Shown: piece by piece, positions 54,601-64,000 of the stretch
How positions within the stretch are numbered: the stretch's first letter is position 1
Layout: each line of letters opens with the position of its first letter
DNA from: Spirogloea muscicola
Lineage: Eukaryota
Direction: 5' to 3'
DNA: 64,000 bases
Assembly: GCA_009602725.1 (NCBI GenBank)
Contig: WELB01000003.1
Location: 156,264-220,263 of the forward strand
Position numbers and translations under genes: made by a program
The notes under the pieces: generated by a model
The model's input: the letters and a program-made list of their open reading frames with translations, nothing else
What the model was told of the DNA's origin: nothing
Databases searched by the model: none

Positions 54601-57600
54601 GTCACCCATGCATGGTGTGTAAGTAGCCTTTGTCATTCTCACAAGAAAATTAGTAGCTAAGAGGTGAGTCTCTTAAGCGGCAATGCGGCCCTGCATCTTC
54701 TAATTGTTAATTAGGATGGGTGTTCCAGACTTTCTAGTGGCCGTGAGAGGTGATATAGATGGCAATGCCAGCCCGTACAGGCGCATGCACGCCAGAGCGC
54801 GCGAAAGTACAGGATTGTGTCTCACATACATATCTCTCGCACTAACCTTGATTGGTTGGACTTCGAGCTGCTCGAAGTATAGGGGCTGGCTTGGCGTTGA
54901 GATGTATGGCTGAAGTCGTGATCGAGAGAATGGCACAAGCCTCATAACAGTATCACCGTCTATATTGAGCTCCAGAGTCTGTCAGAATAATACGTAGACA
55001 AGAGTATCATCCTTACTACAAATACAGATAACAAGAACCTCGTTTCCACCCGAATGGCCGATCTTGGGTGCTTGGAGCATGACCATTGTCAGTTCATACG
55101 TAAGGGTGGAGTCTACAGAGTCAGCCCCCGAGCTTCAATCATAAAGTATGTAGCACACGGTGAGACAACTTCCCCCAAGGAGGCAGCCGACATCAGGCAT
55201 CACCGCTAGGTTGTCAGAAGGCCGCTGCTATAAGTGCTTGCAAGGAAGGTAGCAGATAAATTCATGATGAAGCTCCTTGCAAGATGTGCAAAATATCTCA
55301 CTGATAACAGGCCCCCACAGCCTTGCATACGATTGGATCAAGAAGATTTTGGGTAACCTACCTGGACGAGGAAGAACGCATAACGCAGATGGAGTGGGCT
55401 GCCAGGAGCATTAGACATGACAAATGCAGCATGCAAAAATGGGGTGCCTTCATCCAAGCTCTGTGCTCTGTGGGGCCGGAATATCACAATCTGTGGAGCT
55501 CCAGTCCACTTGGCATCAATGTCCATCCTCTGTCAGAGCAGCAACAGCTATGTCATGACATCACCACTATACAGCAAATGTGGATATAGGAGTTACACGT
55601 CCTATAAGATGTCAAGGTGTTGCAGACATAATATATTGAAATTTAAAATTCTGCACAAAGCTACTCTAGTTGTAGTAATACATGGGCAAAAGGTTTGAGC
55701 AAGATGTGACTCAGGCTTTATGGGCTTCCTCGACCTACCACTCTTCTGCTGACCTACTGCCGACCTAGATGGAAAATGAGCTGTGACATGATATAGATCA
55801 TCATTGCAGACCCAGGAAGCAGAAGCGACTAAATTAGGTGAAGGTGCAATGTGACATCGGATCGGGGAGCTGCACCTGCACTTTGACTTGGCAGGCAGTC
55901 GAGTCACTTGTGATATCTAGTATCACGGCAAGATTCTCAGTCCTTGCATACAAGAAGGGCACAAAACTGTTTGCTCCCAAGTCATCATGGTCTGCATCCT
56001 CGTTGTCTTCCTGCACAGCTCGTGTATTCTTCAATCCCAATGTATGCATTTGACAGAACACTTTGCGATGGCTTCATGAGAAAGCTCCGCTACTTGCACT
56101 TGCACATACTATGTCGAAAGCTGTGGAGCAAGATCAAGTGCCCGAACACTCATGTTCAGAACGCTCTACTTGACTTGCCATCATGCAAACTGTCTTAAGA
56201 AGTATTCAGACAGAAGACATCCTGTCATATGCCTGCAACATCACAAGCAACTCAAGCAGGCAATGAATGTAGTGATTCTATCATTTGTGGGTTTACTGGA
56301 GGATATGCATGCTTACAGACACCTTGCCAGGCTCCATAATGCTAAGCCCTAATGTTGCCACGTTTATGTCTATCTTGGCAATGGATGTTCTGGCTCCTGC
56401 TCCCCTCAGTCCCTTCTCTTCACTGCCCTCCTCACTGATCCTTAGCACCCTAGTTGGTCCTTCTGCATAGATCTCGTAACCCAAGGCTCGTACTTCTGCT
56501 GTTTTCGTTGATGCAGATCTCTTCATTAGTTCATTCTCAGTGAAGGTTGCAGGAAGAATGGATGACATATTAAATGTTGACGCCTTCCTGAAGGCTCTAA
56601 AGAGCTTCCAGCTTCTCAGCTTATCAAGATTGACTTCCTCATCTTTTAGGATTGTCCCTGGCAATGACAGAAATCGCTCAATATGTCAGCACTAGGCAGC
56701 TCTCCCACCTGCGGCATGCAGATTGGAATAAGTCATATAAGGACATCGCAGCTCCGATTGCCCCTAGCTGTTATCCTGCAACCTCGTCACGTGAAACTAA
56801 GTAGGCCTTACTGGATGGGCATCAATGGAACGGCCAGCACAAGAAAGACATGCAACTAATTGGGTGCTGTCGATGAGCAGGATTTGAATGTGAATATGCA
56901 GCTGCAAATGGTCATGAGATTGGTCCACTTGCCAGGTAGTGAAATGCTGAGCTTGCGAGGCAGTGTCAGATCATCCCAGACATATCCAACTGCCTCGTGG
57001 CCGTCGAGGACTTCCCAAGAATCTGCATGCTGTGGCATGCCACAGCATGCCACAGCAGTAATTTTCAGTCTATGCACGAACTTGCATTTCTGAGCTGTTT
57101 TCTTCTGAAACACCTTAACTGTGACGTAGTACTCGTCAGAAGCAGTGACAACATCTTGGAGACCTGATTATTGCCAGGTCTTCCTACCTTCTGGTGAAAT
57201 GAGATGCTCTCTGGGAGCTCATTCTCAATGCGGTAAGGTACAGCATCTGCTCTCTGTGGCCTGATATATATAATGAGTGAAGGCGCCTCCTCTATCACCT
57301 CAGCTACAGCAAATCGCACATGTGCATCTGTTACAGCAACCGTGTGGGTGAGCTTGATTCACTCACTATACATGATACAATAAGGTCATGTCCTTTCCTC
57401 ATGTGGCATAGCATGAAGGGGCTCATATTCACCATTCCCACGATTGCCTAGGCTTCAAGGCAATCAAGCTCAATTCTAAAGATAAGGGCCTAGGGGTCAG
57501 GCTTTCTCATATTGACTGCGATCCTTGCTAACCAGGGCAAAGATTATCACCACACTGTCAGCATGTTACAGTCACCTTCGTTTCTTATTCCATCGACATT

Positions 57601-60600
57601 ACCTGCAAACTCTCCTCTTCCCCTGATGCGGAATGAGAAGTTACCAAGCGAGGCCACATGTAGTGGACCAGACCAGTCCCAATTCCTCGAGTCTGTTTTT
57701 GGCTTCAGTCGAATTGCAACTTGTGCACCAGCAATGGCTGATTGAAGTGTCTCATTGGCCTGGGCATGGAAGGGCGCCCTTTGACCCACCCCTAGCATGA
57801 TGTGAGAATGCTCATCAGCCTGCATCAACGTGGGAGAAGGATTGGGCAGTGCTTCGAAGCTTAGGAGCGACTAGATTTCATGCTTGTACATGTTGCCTTC
57901 TCCCTGCAATTTCTCAGTAGGATACACAGTGCTTATATGTCCAAGTTTTCATTCCAATGACCAACACTGTTCGTACATGTTTGGCCATACCTGCAAACCA
58001 TCTTGGCAGACGAGGAGCGACTCGGGGCACTGGTTGACAATCACATGTCGCGGAGCCAGCTGGACAAGGCCCGCAGCATCTACAAGCTTTATACCGAGTT
58101 GAAGACTTCGTGGCACCTCATAGTCAACCGTCCGAGCAGTGTATGGCTGATCAAGTGGTTCGCGATCTATGCCATTGTGAGACTGTCGAGAATGTACCTG
58201 GAGGAGAGTGAGTTCTGTTGTGCTGGCTAGTGCATTAAGGTCCAGCTTACCAAATGCTTGGCCCTTCTCTGCCACCATTAGCAGTATAATGCCCCCCCTG
58301 CAGTCGGCAAAGTTGTTGCAATGAACCAGTATGACAAGAGCAATGTACTTTATGCTGTTGCATATACCGCGCAGCTCAAATTACAACTGGCCTGCAGCTG
58401 CATTACCTGGGCAGCCACGAGAGCGAAGAGCCTGGCTTCAATTGGAAAACTGGAGTTCCTCCATTCTGAATTTGACTTCCAGTACACCTTTCACTTTCAG
58501 CTGGCCATTCGAGGCATTTTTGTCTGCCAATCCTCCACCAGCTGTCACCATGAACTATTGAAGTGAGCTGATATGAGCATGGACCACAGGACTACTCTCT
58601 CGGACAATGATGGTAAGATATTGGTGTCCTGGCATTGTGCAAGTTCGACAAAAGAGTAATGTGACAGGAGTTTATGCAGATACGTGTTGCCAGGTTTTGT
58701 ATGAACCTTGGGTTGGATCTGACAGCCCGTGCAACTCCGGGAGAGCACAAGAGACTCATTTGGCTACTATTTCGCAGCGTATGCTTGGCCTTTATTGTGA
58801 CCTGCAAAGGAATTACCTATCATTAGGGCGATACAACAGCAAGGCCAAGACTAGCGCACTACAGAGAGTGCCGCACATGTGAGTGAAGCAGCAAAATGAA
58901 GCAAGACGGCAACCTGGCTGACACCGTCTGCTGCCTGGTCCATCTTCAATTGAATTGAAAGCTTCTCGTCTGTCCCAATCAAAATCTCCTTGAAACCCTC
59001 TCCACCTCTTTCTGCTTTCCGAAACACGTCATTCAGTTGCGCTGTACTCGGGAGTATCCTCAAAGGGATAGGCGCTGAGCTCATGCGAAGGTCCATATGA
59101 TGGACAATAAGGAAACTGTGCTCTGGATCTGCATATGCGCAAGCAGTGTGTGCATTGCCCTCTACCACGAAACTGTTGGTCGAGCCGGGTCCATTTGTGG
59201 GGGGCCTTGCGGATGCTGCTTCTGTAGGAGAAGAAATTAAGCTGGTCTCAGCAGTACAACTCGAAGACACTTCTCGATTCAGTGTGGATTGTCAAGCCAG
59301 TAACATGATCTTATCGCTCAATTACTGGTGGTGCTGCAAGGTGTCCAGTGATTACAAGGCCTCACCTTCTGAAGAAGCGACAAGGGAGATTCCTACTGTG
59401 GAAGTGAGAAGATTCTGCACACGCAGTGTGGGGAGGAAGGCTAGCTCTCGCTGTTGGACCCAAGCCTGCTGGCCTCCACCATCCACAGGTACGTCTCTGC
59501 ATGTAGTCCTCAACAGGAAATGAATGTCTTTTTTGAATTTAGACTTGCAATGCAGGGTCCCAAAGGTGGACTCGAGGCTCTGGCCCCAGACTCCTCCCAT
59601 AGTTCTTGTTACACCAGCACGGACTTTTTCCATCCACCCTGAGAGCTGGACTGGCACTGCTTCAGATACCTGCTCAGACCAATTCCATACTGCCTCTTGA
59701 CATGTGCCAGCTGCTGGCCGAATAGACAGCATATTATCTCCTGTACAAGAATCCGGAATGATTTAGGTGTGCATGCCTACTATGTTATACAGATGCAGTG
59801 ACTCTGTTCAGCGACTCTGTAACCATGGACTCTCTATGCAACCATTTAATCGGTCTGCAGCAGGTGTGACTTGATGACCAGGCACCTGACTGATCAGGAA
59901 AGGCTACCCTTCACTTAACATAGAAGAAAGACAGGCTCCATCATGCATGTATGACTTCCTCACCAAGTATCATCTGAGCAAGGACTCCTTGATTCTCTCT
60001 TTGCAGATCAAGCGACTGGAATGATACTATGATATCATCAAGTACGTCCCCACTTTCCAGAGTCTTCATTTGACTGGATTCTGTACTGCTGCCTTCTAGA
60101 TTTGAAAGCACTAGGGTCTTGTCTCCAGGTTCGTCAAAACAGAGCTCCAAGGGCAGTCCAGTCAGATTACGTATTGTAAGCAAGGGTGACACGCTTAATG
60201 TCAGGCCATTCTGGGTGTAAGGAAAGCAGTAGACCACTAGTTAGTCAAAGCAACAAGCATGATATCGATAAAGAAAAAATTTGCCTAGTCCTATTCGAAT
60301 GTTGTTCTGTCAAGCCAGAAACATTGTCAATAGTGAACAGCCACAAGCAGAGAAGTGTACCGTAGGCTTGCACACGTCAAGAACAATGTAAGGACCAGGG
60401 CTGAATCCTTCATTGTCTGCACAGAGGGCAAAGCAAGGTCAGTCATCAAGCAATGCACCAGCTTCTATGCTAGAGAAAAGCATAGGCGCAGGCCAGACAC
60501 AATGTGTCATTACTCTTACAAAGGAATGACTGTCTCAGTCCTGATGTAAGTGACACACTTAGTAAGTGACACACTTGCTTAATCTGCTTCACCCAAAGGT

Positions 60601-63600
60601 GATTTGACCCTCACCTTGTCCAAAAAGCAGGCGGGTGCGCACTGCTCTGACACCTGGGCTAAACAGGGATTGCAGCAGTGGCTCAGTGCTATAGCCATTA
60701 TTTGCCTGCAACTTTAGCGATATATAATCACATAGCTGGGTTGCCGTCCCTTCCTTGCGTGAGGTTGTGTGCCTGTATCGAGTTATAGTGCTCAGTCAAT
60801 AAGAGGAGGAAATTTCTTCACTTATCAGATGACACTTGCTAGCAATGTCCAAGATGCAATGTAATGAGGGCTTCGAGCTATTAAGCAAATGAGGAGCTGA
60901 CATAGCTGTGAGCAAGTCTGGGATTGATATTGACAACCCCACGAGCAGCTAGAAGAGTGTTACTTATGTGCACTTTGTGTGGAGGTGCGTAGTGTGGACA
61001 TGGAGCTCAGCAGAGGCAATAAGACCTGATGAGAAATGGACTTGCATCGTGGGGCCTGACTGCCCCCTGCCTTTGTGTATCCTCAGTATCAAAGCTGCAG
61101 CACAGCTGGATTGCTGTGTTGTTCTTGACCTGCAAGTGCAGATGTGCTATGATGTGTGACAATGAGTCAACACTTTCCATCCTCGCTCGATTGGTGTGAT
61201 GCCTCAAGCTTGCAAGGCGGATTGACATCAGTCATTGGTGACACAGACCAATGGTTATTTGCAATCAACAACACTTTTTCGTAATTGCACACAGCAATTT
61301 GCACTGGACCCAACCCAACATCCAGTGCAAATGAAGGAGGTCACGTGAGCTAAGTGCTGGAAGGAGGGATTGTGCTTTAAGTGCTGGACAGGTGCACCAT
61401 GCAGGAATAAGCAGGAGAGTATTTGATGCCGTAGGGTTGAGCCAGGTCCAAAGCTCCAGCCACAAACAAACCCATATCTAAGATAGGCTCGCTTAGGAGC
61501 GCATCAACCTGGTGGAACGACAGGGAGTATGGTGTCAGTTGCTAGTGGACCACACAAAGACTCCCCCCGAATTTCCAAGATTCACCCACATGCATTAGCA
61601 ACTGCTTGGAGTGTCTGCAATCAGTGCTATGCCACGGAAGAAATGCTCCATGCTGGTCAGATGCAGACTGTCGTGGAGACAGGCTCACAAAGACTCATAT
61701 GTCTGCTTCAGAGCTTTACTTTGCCAATTTCAAGGTGGACAATGACAGGAGACATGGAATATGTAGGCATGTCATTGTATGCTGAATCTGTTTGTATGAT
61801 CAGGGACAAATCCAAGCTAACAGGCTTTATGACAGATTCCCTGCACTCAGCTCACAAAGGTATTGGTCATGAAGCTGCACGAAGCAGCCAAATCATTTGA
61901 GCAATATTGCACCCAATTTTGGTAGGACAAATTTTCAGTATTCCACAAGCATCGTGCTCAGGTACAGTATCACGTTAGCACAACTAGCACAGCAGGACCA
62001 AGAGCCTCTAATACATCTTTGGCATACAGCAGATTGTGGATGTGCAGCCCAAACACACAGTAGCAAGTAATGAAAGATCAATACTGTGCTCACCAGTGGC
62101 TGCAGCGAGAGTCAAAGTACTCCAGCCCTACGAGGCCTTTCATGAATGCTTGAGCCCTTCTTGGGAATACATGGGCAATCCCCTCCCTTCCCTGCAGCTT
62201 AAGTCTGGTAAGAGGCAGCAGTTGCCTCACATCTCCCCTTGGCTCGTACAGGAGCGTTACCGTCAATGGGCCATCAAGTTGACATAACACTTCTGGAAGC
62301 CTTGCCCTCATCTCAGCAAGCTGTGTAGTGTCTGCAGACTCCATGAGACTATGGTGGCTATTCTTTGCTGGTACTTCACTACATGTTGCAAGGCCGTCTT
62401 CCCTGGGCTTGTCATCACCTGGAAGTAGCTCGTCCACCCAGGCTGCCTCCATGCAACCTGACTCCTCTTTCATAGTTGCACCCATGCTCCTTGTGTGCTC
62501 AGCAAGGACTTGTAGGCTGATTGCAGAGGACAGCGTTGCCTCCACCAGAGTTGGCGTACCTCCAATGAATGACAGGGCTCGCTTACTCTTCTTATTGATC
62601 AATGCCAGCTTCGGCCCATGCTTGCATTCGAAAGTGGTGAAGTCCTCATCTGTGTTATCTTCTGAGCTTGGGACCTTTTCAAGCCGCCACAGCTCCCAGG
62701 ACTTGGTGTTGGTGCTTGCTACCTCAACCATACCAGAGCCAGTGTCGTACTTCACTTTCAGAGGCTCCCCACCAGGGCTTGATGCTTGTAGAGATTCTAA
62801 GACGAACCAGTCCCGCCGGCTTCCCACGTATTTCACCTGAAGATCAGCATCATCGAGAACTGAAGGATGTCATAGGCCCAATGCATTCTGTAGTATACTA
62901 GAAGATGAAGTGAGCCTGTTGAACCAGGATACCAGACTGTCTTGAAGGTCTGCAGTAGTGAGAGCTGTTACTGGTGTACTGGGTTGAATCCCTCACCTGG
63001 AAAAGGGCCCTTTTGCCAAAACTGTAGTGCCTCTCCCCAACAAGGCGATAACCACTTCTGGCCTTAGCTCTTGCTACTCTGGTCCCACTTCTTCTCATCC
63101 CCGTTGTGTGACTCTGCCAATCCCTATTATCCTCAACCGCAAAGTACTGGCATGCATTACAGTCGTAGATTGCTACTACAGAGCCTGCACAATGCACAGA
63201 GATCCTGAGCTAGTGTCTCGCTTGTTGAGGCTTGAGTGGTCAGTAGCAAGCAAAACCTTGCCACTGCAGCACGGTAACTGTCAAGTATGACGCCATCACG
63301 TATGTATGACACCTCAGATGCTATGAGAGTGATGGTGGCGAGTTCAAGGTCGACCAACTGGACCTAGCAACACAGAGGACAGGAGGTACTTGCCATCAGG
63401 GGGAGAGATGCCAGATGTTCCACTCTGAACAACTTGCCCATCTGGATGGGAGCTCTGAGCTCTTGAAGCACTTGGCGTTGTTGTTGTAGACTTTTTTGAG
63501 GAAGTCGACAAGAGTGCCAGGAGAGGAGCAAGAAGATTCACCAGAAGCTGAAGAGTGCAAGGTGTCGGTTTGCATCTTAGACTTCATTGCTCTGACGCAT

Positions 63601-64000
63601 TTTGCATTCAGCATCCTATCGTACGAAAGCTGCAAGTGTGGAGCGCATGGAATGAAAGACAATCTTAACCCAATGTCAAGCTGCAGATTGAGAGCCATTA
63701 TGGGCCTACTTTGGAAGTCATAAGCCATGGATAAACGAGCTCATGCTTGCAGCAAGCTCTCGATCGAAGAATCAGAAATCAGAAATCACCTCAAATTCTG
63801 ACGTTGTAACAAGTATCTCACCGCCGCGAAGCTGGCACCTGCCAGTCAATGCTCCGCTCCAGGTAGTAGTATGGACCCGCTCTGTATCAGCTAATTCCAC
63901 CAGTATTTGAAGTCTGTCCAAGATGCACCGTTCCTCAAAGCCCTCCCTGTCCTGGCTGCCTTCTGCCTGCTTTTGACCTTCAATCTTCTCCACATCTTCG
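51634..64000 (-). CDS. VPS13: VPS13-family bridge-like lipid transfer protein, plant VPS13X (At3g50380-like); 3' portion only, many exons
   Basis: YSFGKRALFQV|KY...WFVLESL...GEPLK, WSGP, VPYRIEN, VGYVWDDLTLPRKL, YAEGPTRVLRI, VKEAGSNLAYAVVTEVSDSVLRGAE, C-terminus LAYLDGRVCRRIPYPFVRRVVSSFLLSF*. Confidence 0.9.

Overview
Gene-dense, intron-rich, GC-rich eukaryotic nuclear DNA. Plant-type orthologues, TTTAGGG motifs and GCC-rich first exons suggest a streptophyte green alga (inference). About 13 protein-coding genes can be assembled by hand: squalene epoxidase, UFD2/UBE4 U-box E4 ligase, Rubisco-LSMT, two paralogous fatty-acid-hydroxylase-superfamily genes, a disordered LTI65/RD29-like gene, PUX10-like UBX protein, SLD5, phytol/farnesol kinase, CREG, a SETD6-like methyltransferase, TFIIF-beta, an EgtD-EgtB fusion (Egt1-type ergothioneine synthase) and the 3' part of a VPS13X-like gene. 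The most interesting signal is at the Egt1 locus. A 36-codon Cys-rich upstream ORF with strong coding-type codon bias lies 161 nt before the Egt1 ATG, and an ABRE/G-box cluster lies further upstream. Together they suggest stress-inducible ergothioneine synthesis under peptide-uORF translational control. Also notable: at least seven GC-AG introns, a 5'-truncated 5S rRNA copy abutting a modular, foldback-like repeat family found upstream of several genes, and a candidate ACG-initiated uORF on the phytol/farnesol kinase. All protein family assignments are from recalled motifs; no searches were run.
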